From Promethearchaeota archaeon (GTDB lineage: Archaea; Asgardarchaeota; Lokiarchaeia; Sigyniarchaeales; SOKP01), in the NCBI GenBank assembly GCA_016926735.1, contig JAFGOA010000011.1, positions 1-64,000 on the forward strand: a stretch of 64,000 nt of DNA. Reading direction: 5' to 3'. This document shows, in pieces, positions 40,808-51,464 of the stretch. The notes below the pieces were generated by a model, which was not told where the DNA came from, did no database searches, and saw only the letters and a program-made list of their open reading frames with translations. The translations under genes and the position numbers were made by a program. Positions within the stretch are counted from its first letter, which is position 1. Every line of letters begins with the position of its first letter.

Positions 40808-41627
40808 TTGTTATCACGGTTCCTGTTTTATTTTCAAGAGCGTTATAGATTGGATTTAAAGATTCTCCTGAGGTTATTATCACTTTTTTTAAGTTTTTAT
40901 CTAAAGCTTCTAAAGCAGCATATGCTTTTTTTTTCATCCCTCCTTCTAATTCATCAAGAAGGTCTTTAAGTTTAGTGGATGTTATTTTTTTTATTAATGA
41001 ATCTTTTTTTTCAAAATTTCTATATATTCCATCAACATCAGTTAAACTAATTAAAATATCGGCGTTTAATGATTCCGCTACACAACTAGCAGCTCTATCT
41101 CCATCTACATTCACTATTTCTCCATCCTCACTCTTAGCTAATGAAGCAATTATTGGTATAATATCATTTTTTATGAAAAATTTCAGAACTTTATTTTCAG
41201 CTTTTATTACTTTTCCAGAATATTCTCCTCTCTTCATTATTCTTTTATTATCAATTAAGACCAATATTTTATCCTTTCTCTTAGCTTCAATTATACCTCC
41301 ATCAAATCCAGACAATCCAAATGCATTAACATTGCGTTTTTGTAAGGATTCCACCAATCTTTTATTATTTTTTCCTGCTAATGCCATAATTGCAGCCTCA
41401 ATTGCCTCTTGGTCTGTATATCGTGTTTTATATCCTGAAGGAGTATTAAAATATTTAGGTTCCTTATTCATCTGTCGAAGTAATTCATTTATTTGAGGTC
41501 CTCCGCCATGAATAATAACCAATTTATATTTGTCTTTTTTATTCAGATAAATATCTACAATATCATCGATAACATTATCAAAATTTTTAGATAATAAAGC
41601 TCCCCCAACTTTAATAACAATAAGCAA
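40800..41627 (-). CDS. lysZ: [LysW]-aminoadipate/glutamate kinase
   Basis: IKVGG, IHGGG, PSG..TRYTD, NVDGDRAA, GGMKKK. Confidence 0.88.
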   Translation of the reverse strand: MLIVIKVGGALLSKNFDNVIDDIVDIYLNKKDKYKLVIIHGGGPQINELLRQMNKEPKYFNTPSGYKTRYTDQEAIEAAIMALAGKNNKRLVESLQKRNVNAFGLSGFDGGIIEAKRKDKILVLIDNKRIMKRGEYSGKVIKAENKVLKFFIKNDIIPIIASLAKSEDGEIVNVDGDRAASCVAESLNADILISLTDVDGIYRNFEKKDSLIKKITSTKLKDLLDELEGGMKKKAYAALEALDKNLKKVIITSGESLNPIYNALENKTGTVITNE

Positions 41628-41639
41628 ATATAATCACAT

Positions 41640-42512
41640 CTATTTATAATTATTAATTATATAATCGATAATTTCTTCTGCAATATTTATTTTTGTGGCA
41701 GATGCAACTCCTTTAAATTGAGGTGTTCCATTTACTTCAATTACAGATAATTTATCCTCATCTTTCATAAGATCTATCCCTACTATGTCTCCTTTTGTTG
41801 CGTTTGCTGCTTTTTGACTCAATTTTTCTATTTCCAATGTTAGTTCTATTGGTTTTGCTGTACCTCCAATTGCGAGATTACTTCTAAAATCTCTTCCTTG
41901 ATGGAACCTACCCATTGCTGCAATACATTTGTTACCTATAACAAATACTCTTAAATCGGTAGGGGTTGTTTCACCACCATTATGAATAGGTAAATATTTT
42001 TGAATATAAAAAATCTTTTGAAGTATATTGCCTAAAGTCTCTCGAACTTCCAAATTCGCACTTGCGCTGTTAAAATCATCTAATTTAGCAATTAATCTAC
42101 CCCAAGAACCAATAATAGGTTTTATAATTGCTGGATAATTAATCCCCTCTTCAATTGCTTTGATAGAAGAATCACTAGTAAACGCTATACAAGTTTGTGG
42201 TGTTGGAATATCATCTTGAACTAATTTTAATGTTGTTAATAATTTATTTCCTGTAATATTTAAACATTCAAAGTTATTAATCACTTTGTAGCCTTTTGTT
42301 TCTAATATCGCCGTTGAGTATAAACTTCTTAAATAACTAAGTGAACGTTCTAAAAATAAATCACAATCGTATATAATATCTTTTTTTTTATTCAATTTAA
42401 AAAAAATATCTTGATTATTAATTAGACTATAACCAATTTTTTTCTTTTCTAATTCATTAACTATCTGTTTGATTTCCCAAGTGATTCTATTAAATAAAAT
42501 ACCAATCTTCAT
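41640..42512 (-). CDS. lysX: LysX/ArgX ATP-grasp ligase
   Basis: KPIIGSWGRL, YIQKY, DLRVFVIG, RSNLAIGG, IEVNGTPQF. Confidence 0.88.
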   Translation of the reverse strand: MKIGILFNRITWEIKQIVNELEKKKIGYSLINNQDIFFKLNKKKDIIYDCDLFLERSLSYLRSLYSTAILETKGYKVINNFECLNITGNKLLTTLKLVQDDIPTPQTCIAFTSDSSIKAIEEGINYPAIIKPIIGSWGRLIAKLDDFNSASANLEVRETLGNILQKIFYIQKYLPIHNGGETTPTDLRVFVIGNKCIAAMGRFHQGRDFRSNLAIGGTAKPIELTLEIEKLSQKAANATKGDIVGIDLMKDEDKLSVIEVNGTPQFKGVASATKINIAEEIIDYIINNYK

Positions 42513-42610
42513 TTCTTAGTTCATTATACTTTTTTAATAAGTTTTTAAACTCTCGCTTATAATTTAATGTATCTAATTATCCTATATTAAGTTAATTTAT
42601 AAAATTAAAA

Positions 42611-44062
42611 ATGAATTTGCTTTTTATCATACCTGGATTCTTTAATATTGAGGAATATCAAGAAAAGATATATAATAACAATGTTCCTCTAGGAACTTTA
42701 CAAATTTCCTCCTTTTTAAAAGAAAAATTTCAAATTAAGACGGACTTAATTGATATACGAATTGAAAAGGAAAATAATAATTATTTCTCTCTAAAAAATA
42801 ATTATGATATGATAATAAAATCATATTTAAAAATACTTGATTCAAATAATATACAAAAGTTTCAATATATTGGAATAAATTGCTACACTTCTTATCAATA
42901 TCTCCCTACACTGATCATTGGTAATTTAATACGAAAAGAATTTCCAGAAAAAAAGATTATTGTTGGAGGATATCATCCATCTAGTTATCCAGATGATTTT
43001 ATATATAAAAATTCTCCTTTTGATTATATTGTGAAAGATGAAGCTGAATTATCTTTATTCAATCTTTTGAAAAAAGACAATTTAAATAATAGAGAATTTC
43101 AATCCCCAAAAATTATTGAGAAATGTGATTTAATTGATATAAACCTTTTACCTCCCCCCGATTATGAACTCTATTTATCAAAATATTCCAATAGAGATGA
43201 TTTTAATTTTGACCTCTATTTGTCTAGAGGGTGTCCTTATCAATGTAACTTTTGTTCTATAAATTATCCTTTTAGAACAATGCATTACAGTAAATTTAAA
43301 GAAAATATGGATTATATGATAAGATTATTTAATAAGTTTAAGAAAGATAAAATCAAAATTAGTTTCGCAGATCAATCATTTTTTGATAATACAAATGCAG
43401 AATCAATCTTGGATTATATTATTCAAAATGACCTGCAAGATAAATTCAAATTTTCTTGTCAAAGTAGAATAGAAAGTATAGCTAATAGACACAATATATT
43501 AAAAAAAATCCAGAAATCAAAATTAATTATTGGTTTTGGATTTGAATCAGCAAATCCAAATATACTAATTGAGATGAATAAAACAAAAACACCATCTCAG
43601 TATATCCAATCTATGAAAAAAATAATTGAATATTATAAAAAAAATAATAATATCTATTGTAGAATTAATATTGTCTGTGGTTTCCCGGGAGAAACCAAAA
43701 GAACTTTTAAAAAAACAGCTGAATTTATTCAAAAAAATGCCTTAGATGAAAATATACAAATAAGTCCTTCTCTTTTTTCATGTTATCCAAATACTCCCGT
43801 TTATCGAAATATGGATTATTATATTAAAAAGTATGGTTCATTATTCAATAAAATGTGGTGGAAATCTAATTCTGAAAATCTATTTAAGCTTTCAATACTT
43901 AAAAAATCATCAAAACAATATTCAATAAAAGATATACTTTTAGATTACAAAAATGAATATACCCGAATTTTAAATTTATTTAAACATAAGAATTTCTCAG
44001 ATTTAATCATTTGGAAGAAATTTTATAGTAAATGGTATTATGAATTATGTGAAGAAATTTGA
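42611..44062 (+). CDS. B12-binding radical SAM protein
   Basis: IVGGYHPS, SRGCPYQCNFC, GFES, GFPGET. Confidence 0.88.
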   Translation: MNLLFIIPGFFNIEEYQEKIYNNNVPLGTLQISSFLKEKFQIKTDLIDIRIEKENNNYFSLKNNYDMIIKSYLKILDSNNIQKFQYIGINCYTSYQYLPTLIIGNLIRKEFPEKKIIVGGYHPSSYPDDFIYKNSPFDYIVKDEAELSLFNLLKKDNLNNREFQSPKIIEKCDLIDINLLPPPDYELYLSKYSNRDDFNFDLYLSRGCPYQCNFCSINYPFRTMHYSKFKENMDYMIRLFNKFKKDKIKISFADQSFFDNTNAESILDYIIQNDLQDKFKFSCQSRIESIANRHNILKKIQKSKLIIGFGFESANPNILIEMNKTKTPSQYIQSMKKIIEYYKKNNNIYCRINIVCGFPGETKRTFKKTAEFIQKNALDENIQISPSLFSCYPNTPVYRNMDYYIKKYGSLFNKMWWKSNSENLFKLSILKKSSKQYSIKDILLDYKNEYTRILNLFKHKNFSDLIIWKKFYSKWYYELCEEI

Positions 44063-44176
44063 AATTCTTACAAAAGCTAATTTAATTTTTATAAAGAAAA
44101 ATTTTTTTGAGATGAATTTTTATTTAGGTTTAAGTTATATTGGAAAAATTTAATTTTATTTTTAAGAGGTAAGAAG

Positions 44177-45451
44177 ATGTCTTATAAACACCCTAGTAAA
44201 GATATAATGGAAACAGAGGGTACTATTTTACGAGGAAAAACAATATGTTTATGTCTAACTGGAAGTGTTGCGATAATAAGTGCACCAATAATAGCCAGAG
44301 AGTTAATGAGAAAAGGTGCGGAAGTAATTGCTGTAATGACAAAATCTGCTACAGAATTAATATCTCCATCATTAATTCATTGGGCCACAGGGAATCAAGT
44401 TATTTCTAATTTATCTGGCGCTGTAGAACATATTTATTTAGCTGGAGAACGACCTAAAATGGTAGGAAGAGCCGATTTAATACTTGTTTGTCCTGCTACT
44501 GCTAATACTATTTCAAAGATTGCATGTGGAATAGATGATACTCCAGTAACAACTGTAGTTACAACTGCATTTGGATCTGGGATTCCAATAATTGTTGTTC
44601 CTGCTATGCACGAAAGTATGTTTAGACATGATATTCTCATCGAGAATACTAAAAAACTAAGAAAATATGGAGTAGAAATTTTAGGTCCAAGAATTTCTGA
44701 AGGTAAAGCAAAGATTGCAAGAATTGATGATATTATTGATCGTGTAATAGACTTATTAGTTGCAAAAAAAGATTTGCATAGTATGAAGATTCTTGTTACT
44801 TCTGGACCTACGAGAGAACCTATTGATACCGTAAGATTTGTATCTAATAGATCATCAGGTAAACAAGGTATAGAGATTGCAAAGGAATGTTCTGCAAGAG
44901 GTGCGGATGTATTATTAATAAACGGAAAAAGTATTATAGTTCCGCCAGATTATTTAAATGTGATTGATGTAACAACCACTCAAGATTTTATTAATATAGT
45001 TAAGAAAGAATTAATGGAAAATAAATATGATATCTTCATTTGTGCAGCAGCAATAAGTGATTATTCTCCAAAAGACTATATCAAAGGTAAGATCTCATCT
45101 GATGATGTTGAAGAACTTCAGATAAATATGGCTTTAACCCCAAAAATAATTAATGAAGCAAGAAAGGTCGATAATAATATTTTTATTGTTGCATTTAAAG
45201 CAGAATCTAATATCTCTAAAAATGAACTGATAGATCGAGCATTCTCACGTTTAAGTACATCTAAAGTAGATCTAATCGTTGCAAATGATATTGGAAGAGA
45301 TGATATCGGATTTGATAGTATGAATAATGAGGTATATATTATTAATAGAGAAAGGCATGTAAAACATATTCCAAAACATTCAAAAAGATATATAGCTTCT
45401 AAATTAGTTGATACAATTTTGGAAAATTATAGAATTAAAGACCTCCAATAG
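44177..45451 (+). CDS. coaBC: Phosphopantothenoylcysteine decarboxylase/ligase
   Basis: TGSVA, PATANT, PAMH, TSGPTRE.ID.VR..SN.SSG, AAISDY, FKAE, VAND. Confidence 0.95.
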   Translation: MSYKHPSKDIMETEGTILRGKTICLCLTGSVAIISAPIIARELMRKGAEVIAVMTKSATELISPSLIHWATGNQVISNLSGAVEHIYLAGERPKMVGRADLILVCPATANTISKIACGIDDTPVTTVVTTAFGSGIPIIVVPAMHESMFRHDILIENTKKLRKYGVEILGPRISEGKAKIARIDDIIDRVIDLLVAKKDLHSMKILVTSGPTREPIDTVRFVSNRSSGKQGIEIAKECSARGADVLLINGKSIIVPPDYLNVIDVTTTQDFINIVKKELMENKYDIFICAAAISDYSPKDYIKGKISSDDVEELQINMALTPKIINEARKVDNNIFIVAFKAESNISKNELIDRAFSRLSTSKVDLIVANDIGRDDIGFDSMNNEVYIINRERHVKHIPKHSKRYIASKLVDTILENYRIKDLQ

Positions 45452-45825
45452 TAATTCATAATTTATTTATTTTGTATTCGTTTTTAAATATTTTTAAATA
45501 ATATTAGGTAAAAATAACCTAAATTATTTCCTCTCATATTAATATATTTGATTTATAATTTATTATAGATCCACATGGTTCAAGATTTTAAAAAGAATAA
45601 AATCTTTATTGAATTAAGGATAGTTCTTTCATCATAACTTAAAAGTTTTTTAAGAACAAAAAAGTTTAAATAATAATTCGGCTTTTAAATTAAGTGAAAA
45701 TAATTCTACATCTAAGGTAGAAAGTTGGTTTAATAAACAATTACTCATATATCTTATATAAAACAGATTATAGATCTCTGTTTATTATATATCATGATTA
45801 ATTAAGACATAATACATAAAAACTG

Positions 45826-48800
45826 GTGTGTTTTAAAATTAAAGAAGAAGAAGATCAGATAAAACAAGGAACAATCGCAGGATTCATGAGAAAAAGAACT
45901 CAGCTAGTTGGTTTTGAGTTTGGATACTGGAAACATACCCAATATTCTGCTGAATTTCTAGATAACGCACTTGATGCTATTGAGGCCTTTCAATGGGAAG
46001 AATTGAAAAAAAGTGATTCTCAAATTAAATATACACTTGATCAAGATGCAAATTTAGAAAACCTCTCAAATTTATGGAAAAAAGATTTTGAAAAAAAAGA
46101 TCAGAATCTTGAAAGTGATATAAAATATAGATCTAATGAAACCATTAATTCAGAGCAACATTATAGAGCTCTAATTGATGACAATGAAAAAGTTGAAACT
46201 GAAAAATTATCAAAAAAAAAAGAAGAGATTGAAGAACTAGAAGTTACACATATTATTAACGATTTAGAAACACTTCTCGCTCCTTTAAACAATTTAAATA
46301 TTATTGATAAAGAACCGGTAGTTATTATTAGATTGAATGAATCTGAAGCACATTCTTTATTAACCGGTGAAATTGATGCTAAAAATATAATGAGTTATCA
46401 GTTTGAGATATTTGATAATGGGCAAGGAATGTCTAAAATTGATTTGAGAAAATATGGAAAATATTTAGCATCATCAAAAAGCTCTGAATTAAAACAAACA
46501 AGGGGTAGTCAAGGATTTGGAGCCCCAAGTGCATTTAGTGATGCCCAAAACACAACAGGAAAACCTGTTATTGTAATATCTAAAAATATTGATCATTTAT
46601 ATGCTTCAGCTTCAGAGTTCTTCACAACATCTAAAAATGAAAAAAAATATGTTATTCATCCTACAGAAATTGATTCACCTTTTCTTCATGGTACTTATAT
46701 TAAACTAAATTATCTTAATATAAAATACATTCGTGGATATGTTGATACTTATATTCAACAAACAGCATTAATGAATCCTCATGTCACACTTATTTTTATC
46801 GATCCTAATAACGAAGAATATATATATCCTCGAAAGGTTTCTTCTTTTCCATCTCAGCCAAAATACGCCAAACCACATCCTTCATCAACAAATATCGGAG
46901 ATCTTCAAGATTTATTAGCAAAATCAGAGAATAATTCATTAATATCCTTCTTTAAAGAAAATTTTGTTAGGATGAGTAATAAAATTGCAAAAGATGTGTT
47001 AAATCTAGCTGAAAATGATCTTCAAGATAATTTAAACTTATTTGTATTAGAAAATGGTTATATTAATAAAAATAAATCATCTGATGAACCAATTTATTTT
47101 ATTCGATTTGAAAAGAGAATATATGGAAAGTCATCAAAACCAAGAGATAAAATTATAGTATATGAAATCATATCTGATAATCTAAAAAGGATTTATTGGG
47201 AGACGATTTTAGAATATAATAAAAATCATAGTGAAATAGAGAAAATCTATAAAAAAATAAAAAAAAAGAAAGATAAAATTCAAAATACTGATACTAAAAA
47301 AGAAATTTCTAAAATTAAGTCTGAAATAAAAAATTACAATCAGGCGATTGAAAAATATAAAAAAGAAAAAGAATTATTAAAAAGGAAAATTGAAAGTGTA
47401 TTAAAACTTAATAATATTGATTTTAAGGAGATAAAAAATAAAAAAATTACAGAAAAATATTCGGATTTAGTAAAAGAAGTTAAGATTTCAGAAGCGAAGC
47501 CAGAGAGCCTTACTAATAACCAATTTAATTCACTGTTTCTCGCTTTTAAATCAATTAAATATATGGCTCCTCCAACAGATACCGTTGTTCCTGTTGGTGA
47601 TATTGTGCTTGAAAACACTTTAATTAAAGAATTAGATCTTAGAGTGTCTGAGAATTTAGATGATTTTGGTAATGTAAGCCAAAAATTAATTCAAACTTCA
47701 AAATATTTACTTGAACAAAAAAAAGAATTAATAAAAAAAGAAAAAAACAATAATGACGCATTAGAAGATATAAAAATAAATGATTCAGAAATAAAAGATT
47801 TTAGTTCAAAGATTTTATCTTCTTTTTTTTTGAATAATACAAGTTTTGAACCTGAAAATTACTTAAAAAATATAAGAGATATATTAGATTCTAATGAGAA
47901 ATCTGAGAAAGTCTTATATCAAGATGTTTTTGAATATTTTATTGAAAATTTTACTAGAGAAGATGATTTTGTAGCAGCAGAAACTAGGGATCCAACAAGT
48001 GGTAAAGGATTAGCATATGTAGTTGAAGCTGTAATGGCATATTCAAATAAATTAGGAATACCAAAACGTTCAAGGGATGTATTATCTCGATTTGTAAATA
48101 GAACTCCAAAATTACGAGACACAGCAGATTGTGCAATTACTAAAGCAGTACAATCTGTTAATTGGAAAAACTATAAATTAGAGCTTTTTGAAAATAACCT
48201 TCCAAAGGGACCAATCCAACTTTTAGTTAATGTTTCAGGACCATATGTTCATTTAATGTTTAAATCTCAATCTAAAAATGCTTTAGCTGATGATGAAAGA
48301 TTAATTAGTGAGATTAAATATTGTTTAGAAGCAATTGGCAGAAGATTAAGAATTTATCTAAATAGAAGAGCGAAAATTCATAGTAAGGAAAAGAGAGCGA
48401 ATTTAATTGAAAAATATATTCCTCCTTTTATTGAAAGTTTGTATAATATTGCCTCTAAGGGAGGAAAATTCAAAGATCAAATAAGTCTTAAAAACCTAGA
48501 AAATTTAATGATTGAAGCTATTAAAAAACCTATACTACAACCTACAAAATCCTTAACATCTGAACCACCTAAAGAAAAAGTTCTCAAAACAGAGAAATTG
48601 AAAGAAGAAGAACTTATAGAAACATCTGTAATTGGCAGTGTTATATCCTCTGAGAAAGAAGCTCAAGAGATTAAAACATTGTCTGTTCCAAAAGTGGAAA
48701 GAAGCGAAATAAAAGATGAAATTCATACTACTTTTATTACACATAGAAAATCTTCTTACACACCAAAACCTATAAAGAAAGAAGTTTCCAAACCAAAACC

Positions 48801-49029
48801 ACAATTAATAAAGAGTAAACAAACACAATTACCTATTTTAACTACAGAAGTGATAATGAATGCTTTAGATAGGAACGAATGGCAAAATATGAAACATTTA
48901 ATTTTTAAACTGAGAATAAAAGATATGCTTGATGCAAGATTACTTCAAGTAAAATTAAAAGAGTTGGAAAAAAAAGGAAGTGTTTTTGGAATGATTCAAA
49001 AGGGAAAACATTTTTGGAAATTAAAATAA
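45826..49029 (+). CDS. top6B: DNA topoisomerase VI subunit B with large insertions
   Basis: EFLDNALDA, DNGQGM, SSK....QTRGSQGFG, HGT, NPH, PHP, RFVNRTP, FKSQSK; adjacent to top6A. Confidence 0.88.
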   Translation: MCFKIKEEEDQIKQGTIAGFMRKRTQLVGFEFGYWKHTQYSAEFLDNALDAIEAFQWEELKKSDSQIKYTLDQDANLENLSNLWKKDFEKKDQNLESDIKYRSNETINSEQHYRALIDDNEKVETEKLSKKKEEIEELEVTHIINDLETLLAPLNNLNIIDKEPVVIIRLNESEAHSLLTGEIDAKNIMSYQFEIFDNGQGMSKIDLRKYGKYLASSKSSELKQTRGSQGFGAPSAFSDAQNTTGKPVIVISKNIDHLYASASEFFTTSKNEKKYVIHPTEIDSPFLHGTYIKLNYLNIKYIRGYVDTYIQQTALMNPHVTLIFIDPNNEEYIYPRKVSSFPSQPKYAKPHPSSTNIGDLQDLLAKSENNSLISFFKENFVRMSNKIAKDVLNLAENDLQDNLNLFVLENGYINKNKSSDEPIYFIRFEKRIYGKSSKPRDKIIVYEIISDNLKRIYWETILEYNKNHSEIEKIYKKIKKKKDKIQNTDTKKEISKIKSEIKNYNQAIEKYKKEKELLKRKIESVLKLNNIDFKEIKNKKITEKYSDLVKEVKISEAKPESLTNNQFNSLFLAFKSIKYMAPPTDTVVPVGDIVLENTLIKELDLRVSENLDDFGNVSQKLIQTSKYLLEQKKELIKKEKNNNDALEDIKINDSEIKDFSSKILSSFFLNNTSFEPENYLKNIRDILDSNEKSEKVLYQDVFEYFIENFTREDDFVAAETRDPTSGKGLAYVVEAVMAYSNKLGIPKRSRDVLSRFVNRTPKLRDTADCAITKAVQSVNWKNYKLELFENNLPKGPIQLLVNVSGPYVHLMFKSQSKNALADDERLISEIKYCLEAIGRRLRIYLNRRAKIHSKEKRANLIEKYIPPFIESLYNIASKGGKFKDQISLKNLENLMIEAIKKPILQPTKSLTSEPPKEKVLKTEKLKEEELIETSVIGSVISSEKEAQEIKTLSVPKVERSEIKDEIHTTFITHRKSSYTPKPIKKEVSKPKPQLIKSKQTQLPILTTEVIMNALDRNEWQNMKHLIFKLRIKDMLDARLLQVKLKELEKKGSVFGMIQKGKHFWKLK

Positions 49030-49035
49030 TTTAAT

Positions 49036-50235
49036 TTGGAAAATATTATGAGCAAACAAAAGTCAAAAAAAGAATATGATTTTAAGGCAGCAAAGGAATT
49101 ATATAAAGAGTATTTAGAAATAGGAGAAGAAAAAAAGAAAATAACCTTACCTGAAGGTACTGTTAAAATTGATGATCTAAATAGGAGGGAAGCAATCAAA
49201 CGTATCCACGATCTAGCTGATGATTTAATAGAAAAAATTCTAACTACAGGAAAACCATCAATAGAATTACCTTCTAGAAGCAGTTCAAATATAATTTGGG
49301 ATGAAAAAAATGATCTATTATTACTTGGGCAACAAATAATGCAAAAACAATTTCATTCTCTAACAAGTGTAGTTGATATTACAAGATTAATTAGAGTTTT
49401 AGAAATGGTTTATAGCCTATTGACCGAGGATATACACACATCAAAACGAGATATTTTCTATAACGATGTTAAACTTTTTGGAAAACAGGAAGCAAGTGAT
49501 AAATGTATTGAAGATGTAGCTACAATGCTTTATACCACAAGAAATTCAACTCATATTGTAGCTAACCCAAGAGGAGGATGTGTAGGAAGATTAAGGATAA
49601 GAGATAAAAATGATATTATAGATTTAGAAACATTAGGAAGTGGAACATGGCAAATTTCACCCTATCTTGATCAAATTGAAATTCTTGAATCAGATGCAGA
49701 ATTTATTTTAGTTATTGAAAAAAATGCGGTTATGATGAGATTAACAGAAGATCGCTTTTGGCGAAAACATCCTTGTATTCTACTTACGGCTCAAGGAGTA
49801 GGAAATGTTGCAACACGTATGTTTTTGAAGAGATTAAATAAAGAATTAAATCTTCCTACTTTTACATTGGTAGATAGCGATCCTTATGGACATTATATCC
49901 ATTCTGTTTATTTAAGGGGTTCTAAAAGATTAAGCTATGAAACACCATTTCTAGCAACACCAAATATTAAATTATTAGGAGTTTTAACAAAAGATTTGGA
50001 TGAATACAACATACCCAAATTAGCAAGATTACCAATGAAACCACTTGATATTAAACGAGCAAAAGATCTGTTAAAAGAAGATTTTGTTCAAAAAAATAAA
50101 AAATGGGAAAAAGATATAAAAATGGCTTTAAAAGATAAAGTCAAAGCAGAAATTCAAGCTCTTTCTACTCATGGATTTAAATTTATTACAGATGAATATT
50201 TACCCGAGAAATTATCAACAGGAGATTGGATATAA
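49036..50235 (+). CDS. top6A: DNA topoisomerase VI subunit A
   Basis: KRDIFY (catalytic Tyr), VIEK, DSDPYG, KAEIQAL. Confidence 0.93.
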   Translation: MENIMSKQKSKKEYDFKAAKELYKEYLEIGEEKKKITLPEGTVKIDDLNRREAIKRIHDLADDLIEKILTTGKPSIELPSRSSSNIIWDEKNDLLLLGQQIMQKQFHSLTSVVDITRLIRVLEMVYSLLTEDIHTSKRDIFYNDVKLFGKQEASDKCIEDVATMLYTTRNSTHIVANPRGGCVGRLRIRDKNDIIDLETLGSGTWQISPYLDQIEILESDAEFILVIEKNAVMMRLTEDRFWRKHPCILLTAQGVGNVATRMFLKRLNKELNLPTFTLVDSDPYGHYIHSVYLRGSKRLSYETPFLATPNIKLLGVLTKDLDEYNIPKLARLPMKPLDIKRAKDLLKEDFVQKNKKWEKDIKMALKDKVKAEIQALSTHGFKFITDEYLPEKLSTGDWI

Positions 50236-50774
50236 AAAAAGGTGGGATTATGAGAATATTTCATAAAAAAGATGGAGGTATTGTTCAATTAGTAGATAAA
50301 AATAATATGTTAGAATGGCCAATTGAATTACCGTTAATTTTTGTAGAGTATATCAGAAGTAATAAATTAGATACTTACGGTGATTCTAAAGTAAAAAAAG
50401 AAATTGAAGAATATCTTGAAGAAATCACTAAAGATATAGCAATTCCACGATTTATATCGGTATTAAAAGGGGATAATTATGAAGAAATAATTCTTGCTTT
50501 AACAAGAATCGAAGAGCTGTCAAAGAAAAAATCTAAAATTGATATGATTAAACCAATTGAAAAATATTTAGAAGATTTACTAAATAATAACAATAAAAAG
50601 ATCTCTTTACTTGCAAATAATATATCTAAAAACTTTATATCAGCCGAAAGAAAAAAACAGTTAGATAAAAAAAGAAAAGTTATGAAAGAAAAAGAAGAAT
50701 TATTTTTAGTAGGAAAAATAAGCCCCGAAGAATACGCTAACGCAAGAAAAGAATACCTTAATTTAAAGGATTAA
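50226..50774 (+). CDS. Hypothetical helical (HEAT-like) protein (probable start ATG 50250)
   Basis: AIPRFISVL......I..AL..I HEAT-like segment; co-oriented with top6A. Confidence 0.6.
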   Translation: MDIKKGGIMRIFHKKDGGIVQLVDKNNMLEWPIELPLIFVEYIRSNKLDTYGDSKVKKEIEEYLEEITKDIAIPRFISVLKGDNYEEIILALTRIEELSKKKSKIDMIKPIEKYLEDLLNNNNKKISLLANNISKNFISAERKKQLDKKRKVMKEKEELFLVGKISPEEYANARKEYLNLKD

Positions 50775-51350
50775 TTAATCTTGATTTAGATAATGAGTTC
50801 TCCAAATATTAATCCACTCAGATATTTTTCTCACAAATAATAATTCTGAATTTGTCAATAATTTTTCATCTAAAGGGGATAAATCAGAGATTCCCAATCG
50901 TAATAATTTTTGAAGTCTACTATCAATTAAATTTGTATTATATGAATTATATCTATCTAGATCTATTTTTGCTTTTTTTCCACTTAATACAGCTTTTTTC
51001 ATGAATCTCCTAAATTCTTTTATCTTGTCCAGAAAATATTTATTATCTAATTCCTTTAATTTTAAATCATCTCTTTCGATAATAGCATATCGTTGGACAT
51101 CATTAATTTCAAATCTTTCTTCGAAAGCAATTTTAAGAATATCTCTCTTAATTAGAGGAATAGCTATAAATAATTTTATTTTATAGTTTTTACCTTTTTG
51201 AAAAGGACCTATTTTTTCCTTAAAAATAGAAAAACCTTTAAAATTATTTATACATTCTGTCAAAATTTTTTGATTTCTATAAATAAAAGTAATTCGATTC
51301 AATATATGTTCTAAATTTTCTTCAATCATTAACAAATTTTTATAACTCAT
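50775..51350 (-). CDS. GINS subunit, Gins23-like
   Basis: N-terminal B domain IGPFQKG...KLFIA..L; R.QKLLRL...LT.SE; close to mcm. Confidence 0.7.
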   Translation of the reverse strand: MSYKNLLMIEENLEHILNRITFIYRNQKILTECINNFKGFSIFKEKIGPFQKGKNYKIKLFIAIPLIKRDILKIAFEERFEINDVQRYAIIERDDLKLKELDNKYFLDKIKEFRRFMKKAVLSGKKAKIDLDRYNSYNTNLIDSRLQKLLRLGISDLSPLDEKLLTNSELLFVRKISEWINIWRTHYLNQD

Positions 51351-51464
51351 TATCTTTATTTTTTAAAATAATATTATATCGATGTAGTAATTTTTATAGA
51401 ATAATAAAAGTGAAAAAATAAAATAATTTATTTATTAAAATATTATTAGGTTCTGTGAATTAAA

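Noticed and set aside
45759-45785. Inverted repeat TAAAACAGA...TCTGTTTTA upstream of top6B as an operator
   Set aside because: Single AT-rich instance; could arise by chance
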